Positions 54,992 to 64,000 of a DNA stretch of 64,000 nt are shown in pieces. The translations under genes were made by a program, and so were the position numbers. Position 1 is the stretch's first letter, and every line of letters starts with the position of its first letter. The notes below the pieces were generated by a model. It did not search any database and was not told where the DNA came from. It saw nothing but the letters and a program-made list of their open reading frames with translations. The DNA is taken from the IMG/VR virus record IMGVR_UViG_3300024269_004845; one strand, given 5' to 3'. This DNA is from a virus. Its lineage: Duplodnaviria > Caudoviricetes.

Positions 54992-57900
54992 TTAGAGAAC
55001 TCTAGCGACCTTGCGAATAGCGCTAAAAGCTTCCAGGGAAGGAGCAACCTTTACAGGTGCTACGCTGCTGATGTTTTCAACAGCAACAGCTCGCTTGTCG
55101 ATTTCAGTGTTGCTATTAACAACAAACTGCTTGCCATTATCCATTTCGATAACGACTACGACAGCGTCCTTGGAGTTATCTGCGTATTCGTCAAGAACGG
55201 CAATCAGGTCCTTAACGGTCTGCTTAGATGCACCAAGCAAATAACGCTCAGGAGCAGAAACCTTGATGTCTTCGAGAGCCATTACAGTTCCTACCACTAC
55301 CTGAACACCGAAGTCGTTGTTCTTCCAAGTGCCGTCAATGCGAACGACTGCATTCTCATGGATTGCATCGCCATACATTTCGACTTCCTTGGGGAACATA
55401 GTAGTGCGGATATTGCCAGTAGTATCTTCCAGCTGGAAGACATACATGGAGTCTCCACGCTTGGTCAACTTCTGCTCGAATTCCTTAACTACACCGATGA
55501 TGGTTACAGCACGCTCCTGCTCAACCTTTACACCAGTAGATTCGGTCTCTTCATCCTCTTCAGTCAGCTCGGAAATATCCACATAACCGAAGGAACGGAT
55601 AGCGGACTCGAACTCGTCGAGAGGATGGGCACTCACGTACATACCTGCATAGTGATATTCTTTTTCAAGCTTATCACCATTTTCCATTTCGGAAACTTCA
55701 GGCACGGTGATGGTGAAGAAAGACTTATACCACTCATCCAGTTCAGGGATATCGAACCACATGTCTTTATGAGCAGTCATGGCCTTTTTATACTCGTTGA
55801 TGCTATCCATTGCCTGGATTTTAGCACGACGAGTGCCTACGAACTCATCAAGCGCACCAGAATACACTAGGGATTCATAAGAACGCTTTTCAGGCATCAG
55901 GCGGGAAACGAAATCTTCGAAGCTTTCGAACTTACCATTCTGAGCACGCTCTTCAATGATAGGACGAGAGCTCTTGCCAACATTGCGGAGGCCGACAAGA
56001 CCCATACGAATAACACCGTTGGAAACGATGCTGAAGGTCTCCATAGACTCGTTAATGTCGGGGCTGAGCAGCTTCATACCGCTGTTCTTCGCGCTGGAAA
56101 TATACTTCTTCAGCTTGTCAGTCTTGGTGATTACAGAGTTCATAGTCTCTGCCCAAAACTCAGTCGGGTGATAGTACTTAATCCAGGCAGTCTGAATGCT
56201 AATTACGGCATATCCAGCACTATGGGATTTGTTGAATGCGTAATTTGCGAATTCAACCATCTTATTCCAGACGGTTGTAGCGGCTTCTTCGCTGATACCA
56301 TTAGCAATACAGCCAGGCACCAGTGCTTCGTTTTCCTTGCGGCTCTGGGCATTACCGAACAGGAAGATTTCTCTTTCCATGTTCATGATTTCCATCTTCT
56401 TTTTGCCCATTGCACGTCTGATTAGGTCAGCTCGACCCAGGGAATAGCCAGCCATTTTACGGCAAGCTTCCTGAACCTGTTCCTGATACACGAGAACCCC
56501 GTAGGTGTTGGCCAGAATAGACTCCAGTTCCTTACAGTCGTAGTGGATAGAAGAAGGATTCTTCATTCCAGCAACATACTGAGGGATGTAGTCCATCGGA
56601 CCAGGACGGTACAGAGAAATCGCAGCGATTAGACGCTCGAAACACTCCTTACCAAAAGCGTTGAATTCATCTGCAGCCTTCTGATTCTGCATAGCCTCCG
56701 CATAAGTGGTAAAACCATACTTCTGCTCGAACTTGCGAATCTTAGCCTTAACGTCACTGAACATATCACGCATCAGGCCCTTCATGCCAGCGCTTTCAAC
56801 CTGGAAAATACCATCGGTATCAGCAGTAGCAAGAATATTAGCATAAACGTAAGGGTCAGTCAAAGGAATCTGATTGTCGTTCATACCAATGTGGTCCAGA
56901 GCAGTCTTGATAATGCCCATGTTACGAAGACCAAGGAAGTCACACTTCAGAAGACCGAGGTCCTCCAGTTCGGTCATAGTAAAGGCCGCAGTGCGGGCAA
57001 CCTGACCATTGGTGTCTTCCAGAAGAACTTCAGGTACAAACTCATCAACAGGAGCAGCAGAGATAATAACACCACATGCATGCTGAGACTTATGACGAGG
57101 AAGACCTTCCAGCTGACGAGCAATGTCAACCAGAGTCTTAACCTGAGGGTCCTTATACATAGCCTGGAATTCCAGAGACTTAGCCAAAGCCTTGTCAATG
57201 GTCATCTTCGGCTCAGCAGGGATAGCCTTGGCTACCTTGTCTGCTACAGTCAGAGGGATATCCATTGCACGAGCAACGTCACGAACTACGAGACGAGCAG
57301 CGAGAGTACCAAAAGTAATGATACGAGATACACACTCGGCACCGTACTTAGCCTTAACGTAGTCAATGACTTCCTGTCTGCGAGTATCCTGAAAATCGAT
57401 GTCGATATCAGGCCAGGAAACTCGCTCGGGATTGAGGAAACGCTCGAACAGCAACCCGTAAGGGATGGGGTCGAGGTTCGTAATGCCCAAGCAATAGGAT
57501 ACCAGGGAACCAACTGCGGAACCACGGCCAGGGCCAACAGCGATGCCGTTGTCCTTTGCGTAACCGATGAAATCAGCAACGATAAGGAAGTATGCCTGGA
57601 ACTTCATCTGAGCAATAACGCTCATTTCGTACTCCAGACGCTCCTTGTATGCCTCAACATCGACGTCTGCACCGTCAAAACGCTTGTGGAAACCCTTCCA
57701 ACACTCGTCAATAAACATCTGTTCCATGCTTTTGTCACCAGTAGGGAACTTAGGCATGGTAATGTCTTTCTTGGAGAATCGGAACGCACACTTCTGTGCG
57801 ATTTCTGCCTGAGTGATGAAAGAATCCTTCAGAAAAGAGAAGTTGTCGATGAATTCCTTGTTGGTAGGAACGTGATAGCCATCGCCATCGAATTTGAAGC

Positions 57901-58747
57901 GGTTTACATCCGTCATCGTCTTACCAGTCTGAACGCAGAGCAGAATCTCGTGGGCACGAGCAGCTTCCTTGGTCAGATAGTGGGAGTCAGTGGTACAAAC
58001 CATCTTAATTCCGAGTTCCTTGGCAATCTTCACAAGACCAGGACGAACTCTGTCTTCATCAACAATGTGATGGTTCTGGATTTCGATGTAGAAATCCTCA
58101 CCGAAAATATCGATGAAGTTCTCAGCGATTTCCATGGCAGAGTCAGTATCGTTTTTGAGTAGTGCCTGGGGAATCTCACCAGCAAGACAAGCGGACAGGC
58201 AAACCAGTCCTTCATAGTACTTACGGAGGTTTTCCCAAGTAACATGTGCCTTGTTGTAGAAGTTTTCTTCAGCTTCGGAGAGAAGCTTGCAGAGGTTGTG
58301 ATAGCCAGTTTCGTCTTTGCAAAGAAGAATCAGGTGATTACCAGTCTTCTTTCCGCCGATAGTCTCGCAGTAAACCTCACTTCCAATTACGGGAATCAGA
58401 TTTTCCTTTTCCATAGCATTGTTGAACTCATAAGAGCCGAACATATTGCCATGGTCAGTGATGGCGATAACCTGAGGATATTCGCAGAACACGATTTCCT
58501 TACCATCTACGGTCATCTTGGTGTCGGCACCGTGAGATGCCATTTTTGCGAGTTCTTTGGACTTGATTGCACCATCGAGCAGACTGTAACCAGTATGCAG
58601 GTGGAACAGCCCAGTGGTAAGACGGATTACATCGCCGTCTTCGATGGCAATGGGATAAAAAATGCTATTGTCGCAAACAATAGTCATCCCATTGGAGAGC
58701 ATATAGCCATCATTGGTTCTCTCCACCTTGTAAATTTTCTTTGCCAT
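54992..58747 (-). CDS. dnaE: DNA polymerase III alpha subunit (DnaE-type)
   Basis: HLHTGYSLLDG, AITDHG, GPGRGSAVGS, FERFLNPER, PDIDIDF, FNKSH, OB fold. Confidence 0.97.
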   Translation of the reverse strand: MAKKIYKVERTNDGYMLSNGMTIVCDNSIFYPIAIEDGDVIRLTTGLFHLHTGYSLLDGAIKSKELAKMASHGADTKMTVDGKEIVFCEYPQVIAITDHGNMFGSYEFNNAMEKENLIPVIGSEVYCETIGGKKTGNHLILLCKDETGYHNLCKLLSEAEENFYNKAHVTWENLRKYYEGLVCLSACLAGEIPQALLKNDTDSAMEIAENFIDIFGEDFYIEIQNHHIVDEDRVRPGLVKIAKELGIKMVCTTDSHYLTKEAARAHEILLCVQTGKTMTDVNRFKFDGDGYHVPTNKEFIDNFSFLKDSFITQAEIAQKCAFRFSKKDITMPKFPTGDKSMEQMFIDECWKGFHKRFDGADVDVEAYKERLEYEMSVIAQMKFQAYFLIVADFIGYAKDNGIAVGPGRGSAVGSLVSYCLGITNLDPIPYGLLFERFLNPERVSWPDIDIDFQDTRRQEVIDYVKAKYGAECVSRIITFGTLAARLVVRDVARAMDIPLTVADKVAKAIPAEPKMTIDKALAKSLEFQAMYKDPQVKTLVDIARQLEGLPRHKSQHACGVIISAAPVDEFVPEVLLEDTNGQVARTAAFTMTELEDLGLLKCDFLGLRNMGIIKTALDHIGMNDNQIPLTDPYVYANILATADTDGIFQVESAGMKGLMRDMFSDVKAKIRKFEQKYGFTTYAEAMQNQKAADEFNAFGKECFERLIAAISLYRPGPMDYIPQYVAGMKNPSSIHYDCKELESILANTYGVLVYQEQVQEACRKMAGYSLGRADLIRRAMGKKKMEIMNMEREIFLFGNAQSRKENEALVPGCIANGISEEAATTVWNKMVEFANYAFNKSHSAGYAVISIQTAWIKYYHPTEFWAETMNSVITKTDKLKKYISSAKNSGMKLLSPDINESMETFSIVSNGVIRMGLVGLRNVGKSSRPIIEERAQNGKFESFEDFVSRLMPEKRSYESLVYSGALDEFVGTRRAKIQAMDSINEYKKAMTAHKDMWFDIPELDEWYKSFFTITVPEVSEMENGDKLEKEYHYAGMYVSAHPLDEFESAIRSFGYVDISELTEEDEETESTGVKVEQERAVTIIGVVKEFEQKLTKRGDSMYVFQLEDTTGNIRTTMFPKEVEMYGDAIHENAVVRIDGTWKNNDFGVQVVVGTVMALEDIKVSAPERYLLGASKQTVKDLIAVLDEYADNSKDAVVVVIEMDNGKQFVVNSNTEIDKRAVAVENISSVAPVKVAPSLEAFSAIRKVARVL

Positions 58748-58895
58748 ATTTATTCCTCCTATGTTTTTCAATTTACTATATTATATATTTTATTCATGGC
58801 ATTTATGAAATAGAACAAGCAATTTTATTATATCATGTTTTTCATAAAAAGGCAATAAAAAAATGACAAAACTTTTTGTTTTGTCATTAAAAATA

Positions 58896-59132
58896 TTACA
58901 TACCTCTTTTTAAGAAGTTTAAGAAGTTTGATAATTTAAACCAAATAACATCCCAGGCTTCTTGTAATTTAAATCTAATTACATTCATAAAATTACCTAC
59001 TGACGAATTATCACCTGAGAATGATAAAATCATCATGGCACATACAATTAACAAAATGAACGCTAATGCAATAAGTGACCACAGCATGGTTCGTTTTTCT
59101 TTTTCTCTTTCTAATCTATCTCTACTTTTCAA
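58896..59132 (-). CDS. Small membrane protein
   Basis: One TM; RBS AAGGAGGT. Confidence 0.6.
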   Translation of the reverse strand: MKSRDRLEREKEKRTMLWSLIALAFILLIVCAMMILSFSGDNSSVGNFMNVIRFKLQEAWDVIWFKLSNFLNFLKRGM

Positions 59133-59133
59133 G

Positions 59134-59481
59134 TTAATCTACCTCCTTGACTTCTCGTATATACTTATTCCCTTCATCATTAAGCCCTAACTCTCTATAG
59201 GCGTTAATCAGTTTTTCTTTTACTTCAGGAGATGTTTTGCTATATCTATTGGGGTCCCAATAAACCAATGAAATATAATCGGGGGAATTGTTCTTTACTA
59301 GAATACAAAACTTTCCTATCTTATATATATTATATGTAGGTCTTTTAATTACTACATCTGTAGCGTATATCATTGCCGATAACTTTAGTCTAAGTACAAA
59401 TTCATTAGTGTCCTTCCCTCTAACTGTTTCTGCAATATAATCGTTGAAGACACCTCTAGAAAGTCTGTAAATCTTAATCAT
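59134..59481 (-). CDS. Hypothetical protein
   Basis: RBS AGGAGG. Confidence 0.65.
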   Translation of the reverse strand: MIKIYRLSRGVFNDYIAETVRGKDTNEFVLRLKLSAMIYATDVVIKRPTYNIYKIGKFCILVKNNSPDYISLVYWDPNRYSKTSPEVKEKLINAYRELGLNDEGNKYIREVKEVD

Positions 59482-59669
59482 AAATAAAACCTCCTGATAA
59501 TAAGTCTCTAAAATATAATATTCATCAAGGTTTGAGAATATAATTATTTATAGTTATATGATTTACTTTTTGAAGATATTAAAGCGGAATAGGTATTTAC
59601 TTTTTTTGCAAATATCAATATATTGTATTATAATAGACAGAAAAATAGGAGAGATAGGAGGTCCGTTGC

Positions 59670-60533
59670 ATGATTAACACACTAAAATTTCAATTGTGCA
59701 AAAATGATAATAATGATAGCGCATATACATTTATAAAAGAAAATGAATTTGGCATTAAATGTGAAGCAGTTATTTGGGTAGTGATGAGTGTAGTGTGTTT
59801 TGTAATTTCTCAATTCACAGCATGGATGATAATACCTTTTATGCTTGCTATGTACAATTTGATAATTGCTTGGATAAAAGTTTCTGAGGCTAAGTACCAA
59901 GTAAAGAAAAAAAGCATTAAATATATCATAGAATATAATATAAATGTTGTTTTTTATGAATTACAAATTTTATCAAAAGTTATGACCGAAAAGGGTCTCA
60001 GAGAAAAAGATATTGAGAATTGGAAAAAGCATTATATTGGTAACATATTGAAAAATAAAAGTCTGCATACTATAACTGCTGTTATAGAAGATATTAAAGC
60101 TCATTTTTATAAGATAACTCTTTTGGAGTTTCCCACAATTACAGAAAAAGATGTTCGAAAATTCATAAAAAAAGAATCTAAAAGTTGGTGGGATACTTAT
60201 TATCCAGAATTTAAAGATGATTTAGCTAAAAATGCTTTTGGAAGACAACGAGCAAAAGCTAATGAAGCGAAAAAAACTTTTAATGGAACGGGTACATCTC
60301 CAAGTACTAATCTCCATTTAGAGCAAAATCTTAAAATGCTTGGTTTACCAAGTACTGTTAGAGATTTAAAGACTGTTAAAGCTAGATATTATGAGTTGAT
60401 TCGTAAATATCATCCAGATGCTCCTCAAAATAAAAATAAGGATAAAAAGGTAATTCAGGAGAAAATAATTGAAATTAACATAGCATATCAAGAAGTTGAA
60501 AAATACTTAAATAACTCAAATAGGGGGATTTAA
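59670..60533 (+). CDS. Membrane protein with C-terminal J domain
   Basis: 2 TM; LGL...VKARYYELIRKYHPD...EINIAY. Confidence 0.85.
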   Translation: MINTLKFQLCKNDNNDSAYTFIKENEFGIKCEAVIWVVMSVVCFVISQFTAWMIIPFMLAMYNLIIAWIKVSEAKYQVKKKSIKYIIEYNINVVFYELQILSKVMTEKGLREKDIENWKKHYIGNILKNKSLHTITAVIEDIKAHFYKITLLEFPTITEKDVRKFIKKESKSWWDTYYPEFKDDLAKNAFGRQRAKANEAKKTFNGTGTSPSTNLHLEQNLKMLGLPSTVRDLKTVKARYYELIRKYHPDAPQNKNKDKKVIQEKIIEINIAYQEVEKYLNNSNRGI

Positions 60534-60537
60534 AATT

Positions 60538-61584
60538 ATGGATAAGAAAAAGATAACAATAATTTTGGGTGCGGCATGTGCAATTGTTCTTGTAGTTGCA
60601 ATTGCTTTAATTGCTGGGCCTAAAGATGATATTGAGGTCACTCCAAATGACCAAAACCAGGTGGTTGATACAAACAATCCTGGGGATTCTGAAAATCAAG
60701 AAAATATAAATGGACCAGTTATTAATGATGACATTCGTAAGGATGGCGAAAAAACTCTTCCTATTATCCTTAATGGTCAAGTAGCTGGTGAAGCTAAAGT
60801 ACTTATTGAAAATGGAATGTTTAATGTAAGTGTCAAAGATATAAATGCTAGCGGCGCTGCCAACTTTGAAGAAAAAGATGGCAATTGGGTGTTTGATAGC
60901 GATGATTATACTTATACACTTAAAGAAACTGATATTGTAATTTTAAATAAGCATTGGGAAGAGAGTAAAGACGCATCAACAGATGGCACTATTACTGTTG
61001 TTGAATCTGCAGAAACTAATGTTGGTATGCCTGGATATATCGAGCGTAATAATGAGGTATATTTGACCGAATATATGATTGCTTTATTTGGTAGTGGTAG
61101 TTACGTAAATGATAAGGGTATTACTATTGTTACTTCTGTTCCTTCTGAGACTAATAGCGACAAGATTGAAGCTGCATTGGCTTTAGAGGGTTTAATAAAT
61201 ATGGAAGCTGAAGATTTTACAAAATTAGGAGAAGCTTTCTTTAATGCTAACTTAAACTTTATTGTTGAAAGTTTTGGACCTGTAAGTAGTACAATTGATA
61301 GTAACGCTGTTAAAGAAGTTTTGTTTAATTCTTTTAACAATTCTGACAATATAATTTACAGTAAGAAAATTGACAATAAGTATATCGTTATGTGTGATGA
61401 GAATGTAGCATCTGCATTGATGAATACCATTCTTGGTAGCGTTTCTCATTCAGATTTGTATGCAAACGTACGTCTAGTTGTTGAAACTGATGATACAGGC
61501 AAGATTACAAATGTTTATGGTGATAGCTATTACATTTTTGATGGAAGAGATATTTATTACTACATCACGGGTAACGCTATCTAA
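60538..61584 (+). CDS. Membrane-anchored exported protein
   Basis: N-terminal TM, N/D-rich linker. Confidence 0.7.
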   Translation: MDKKKITIILGAACAIVLVVAIALIAGPKDDIEVTPNDQNQVVDTNNPGDSENQENINGPVINDDIRKDGEKTLPIILNGQVAGEAKVLIENGMFNVSVKDINASGAANFEEKDGNWVFDSDDYTYTLKETDIVILNKHWEESKDASTDGTITVVESAETNVGMPGYIERNNEVYLTEYMIALFGSGSYVNDKGITIVTSVPSETNSDKIEAALALEGLINMEAEDFTKLGEAFFNANLNFIVESFGPVSSTIDSNAVKEVLFNSFNNSDNIIYSKKIDNKYIVMCDENVASALMNTILGSVSHSDLYANVRLVVETDDTGKITNVYGDSYYIFDGRDIYYYITGNAI

Positions 61585-61621
61585 TATAGTGCAATTACAC
61601 TATTGAAAAGGAGGTATTTTA

Positions 61622-63370
61622 ATGTCTAAGGTTGTAGGCATAGACTTAGGAACAACTAACTCATGTATAGCAATTATGGAAGGTGGTAATACAATTGTTA
61701 TTCCAAACTCCGAAGGTGCAAGAACAACTCCTTCCGTTGTTTACTTCGATAAGAGTGGAGAAAGAATTGTTGGTCAGTTAGCGAAAAGACAATCTGTTAT
61801 TAATCCAACAAGAACCGTATCTTCTATTAAGAGAGATATGGGTAGTACCAGAAAGGTACAGATTGAGGATAAAGAATACTATCCTCAGGAAATCTCCGCA
61901 ATTATACTCAAGAAATTAAAAGATGATGCTGAGGCATTTATTGGTGATGAAATCACCGATGCAATAATCACGGTTCCTGCTTATTTTAATGACGCTCAGC
62001 GTCAAGCAACTAAGGATGCTGGTAAGATTGCTGGTTTAAATGTTTTGAGAATCATTAACGAACCTACTGCCGCTGCTCTTGCCTATGGTATTCAAAAGGA
62101 AGAGCCTCAAAAGATTTTAATCTTTGACTTTGGTGGAGGTACATTCGATATTAGTATTTTGGAACTTAGTAACGGTATTTTTGAGGTTATTACTACTTGC
62201 GGTGACAACCGTTTAGGTGGTGACGACATTGACCAAATGGTAATTAATTATTTGGCAGAGGGATTTAAAAAGGAACATGGTATTGATTTAAGACAAGATA
62301 AAACTTCTGCTCAGCGTTTGAAAGAAGCAGCTGAAAAAGCGAAGATTGAACTTTCTACAATGACCAATACTCGTATCAGCCTTCCTTTTATTACTGCCGA
62401 TGCTACTGGTCCTAAACACTTAGAAGCTGAACTTTCCAGAAGCAAGTTTGAAGACTTAATCATGCCTTTGGTTGATAGAACCATTGAATTGATGAACAAA
62501 GCTATTAGTGATTCTGGTGTTGATATTAGAAATATTGATAAAATTCTACTCGTTGGTGGTTCTACTCGTATTCCTGTTATCCAGGACAGAATCAAAGAAA
62601 TTACGGGTAAAGACCCACACAAAGGGATAAATCCTGATGAATGCGTTGCTATTGGTGCTGCCATCCAGGGTGGCGTAATTGATGGTAGTATTTCTGACTT
62701 GTTACTTCTTGACGTAACGCCTCTTTCTTTGGGTATTGAAACTCACGGCGGAGTATTCACTAAGTTGATTGAAAGAAATACAACTATTCCTATTAGAAAA
62801 ACTCAGATTTTCTCTACCGTAAGTAATAACCAGTCTCAGGTTGAAGTACATGTACTTCAAGGGGAAAGAGATATGGCTATTTACAATAAGACGCTAGGTA
62901 AGTTTATCTTAACTGATATTCCTGCTGCTCCTAGAGGAGTTCCTCAGATTGAAGTCACTTTTGATATTGACGTTAATGGCATCGTTAATGTTAGTGCTAG
63001 AGATTTGAGTACTGGAAATCAACAAAACATGACGATTACAAATTCTAGTAATTTGTCCGAAGACGAAATAAACAAAGCAATCAGAGACGCTGAGAAATAT
63101 GCAGAAGAAGATAGTAAGCAAAAAGAAAGAATGAACGCTGTTAATATGGCAGAAACCACAATTTCTAATGCTGAAAGAATGAAGGTAAACTATGATAGTA
63201 TCGATGATAAATCTAGAGAAAAAATTGATGAAGGGATTAGTGAATTGCGTGATTTGATGCAAAATGGGGAAACTACCCAGCTAATGGCTGCAACTCTTGA
63301 ATTTAAAAAGATTCTTTCTGATATTTCAAAAACTTTAGTATTCTCTGTTAACGATGACAAAAAAGAATAA
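61622..63370 (+). CDS. dnaK: Hsp70 chaperone DnaK
   Basis: [54 protein letters not shown]. Confidence 0.97.
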   Translation: MSKVVGIDLGTTNSCIAIMEGGNTIVIPNSEGARTTPSVVYFDKSGERIVGQLAKRQSVINPTRTVSSIKRDMGSTRKVQIEDKEYYPQEISAIILKKLKDDAEAFIGDEITDAIITVPAYFNDAQRQATKDAGKIAGLNVLRIINEPTAAALAYGIQKEEPQKILIFDFGGGTFDISILELSNGIFEVITTCGDNRLGGDDIDQMVINYLAEGFKKEHGIDLRQDKTSAQRLKEAAEKAKIELSTMTNTRISLPFITADATGPKHLEAELSRSKFEDLIMPLVDRTIELMNKAISDSGVDIRNIDKILLVGGSTRIPVIQDRIKEITGKDPHKGINPDECVAIGAAIQGGVIDGSISDLLLLDVTPLSLGIETHGGVFTKLIERNTTIPIRKTQIFSTVSNNQSQVEVHVLQGERDMAIYNKTLGKFILTDIPAAPRGVPQIEVTFDIDVNGIVNVSARDLSTGNQQNMTITNSSNLSEDEINKAIRDAEKYAEEDSKQKERMNAVNMAETTISNAERMKVNYDSIDDKSREKIDEGISELRDLMQNGETTQLMAATLEFKKILSDISKTLVFSVNDDKKE

Positions 63371-63592
63371 CAAGAAACCCGTAGAATTAACAATTCTACG
63401 GGTTTTGTTTTGCAAAAAAATACCTACATCTAATTCTTAATATGCTAATAAGACTATAATCTTTTGTTAATTCAAAAATATTTTTTAGTATCAAAATTTA
63501 TTCTGTTTTATTTCTTGTTTTTCTTCTGTGAATATTATATAATATAAATATATAAACATACATACTGGAAGGAACATAAAGGAGTTTTACAA

Positions 63593-64000
63593 ATGAAAAA
63601 GGCTGAGTTATTTATGAAAAAGGCCAAGGAAATGGCTGAGATTGCGGATTTTCATCGTCAGCATATGGGGTGCATTGTCACGTATAAGAATAAGGTTATT
63701 GCTGCAGGGTGTAATTCCAATAAGACTCATCCTGTGCAAAAGAAATATAATCGAATTCGATTTGATGAATGTGCTTCTCCTGATACGCTTCATGCCGAAA
63801 TTCACGCTCTGTATCAGGTGGCATACATGGACATTGATTGGTCCAAGGTCACCGTTTATACATATCGTAAGATGAAGAGCAGAGAACATGGTATGGCGAG
63901 ACCTTGTCCGAGTTGCATGGCATATATTAAATCTCTGGGAATTCGAAATATTTGCTACACTACGGATGATGGTATTGCTTATGAGAAAATCGATTGCTAA
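63593..64000 (+). CDS. Zinc-dependent cytidine/dCMP deaminase-family protein
   Basis: HAE...RPCPSC motif; ends at TAA 63998-64000. Confidence 0.85.
   Translation: MKKAELFMKKAKEMAEIADFHRQHMGCIVTYKNKVIAAGCNSNKTHPVQKKYNRIRFDECASPDTLHAEIHALYQVAYMDIDWSKVTVYTYRKMKSREHGMARPCPSCMAYIKSLGIRNICYTTDDGIAYEKIDC

Noticed and set aside
55011-58813. Long antisense ORFs over dnaE (e.g. 56891-58162) and over the ATPase at 49367-50548
   Set aside because: Shadow frames produced by the GC-richer codon bias; no RBS or recognisable motifs.
1-64000. Stop-codon recoding (suggested by the theta ribozyme)
   Set aside because: Genes are long and intact under code 11, and no CTA/TCA/TTA suppressor tRNA is present in the window.
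1-64000. CRISPR array, IS elements, integrase, phage structural genes
   Set aside because: No regularly spaced direct repeats and no transposase, recombinase or virion motifs were seen.

Overview
AT-rich (roughly 30% GC by eye), standard-genetic-code segment of what is most likely a very large conjugative extrachromosomal element (megaplasmid or giant ICE-like replicon) of a Clostridia-type Firmicute. No virion genes and no rRNA or ribosomal-protein genes are seen. It carries chromosome-like maintenance genes (HU, a GyrB/GyrA-type topoisomerase pair, DnaE, a short SMC/Rad50-like ATPase, ParM/ParR, a J-domain protein with DnaK, a zinc deaminase). It also carries transfer and surface genes (two VirD4-like coupling proteins, a Tad/Cpa-like locus, a tandem pilin-like protein, SLH and lipoproteins, a ~1960-aa repeat surface protein) and two large orphan proteins. 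The most striking part is a 5.2-kb RNA island at 34.5-39.7 kb. It holds 15 intact tRNA genes limited to Glu/Thr/Asn/Asp/Gly/Met. Upstream lie a sigmaA promoter, an unannotated 29-aa leader ORF whose central 11 codons (NTTENTEGNGD) are all read by tRNAs of the array, and mutually exclusive protector/antiterminator/terminator helices. This is an apparent ribosome-mediated attenuator controlling a tRNA operon. The island also contains a tRNA-Glu interrupted by a nested CCA-ended mini-tRNA, a ~170-nt tRNA-like RNA with a giant variable region, a theta (minimal HDV-like) ribozyme behind the only CCA-less tRNA, two large structured RNAs (ROOL-like and GOLLD-like candidates) and three small structured RNAs that each follow a tRNA-Asn.
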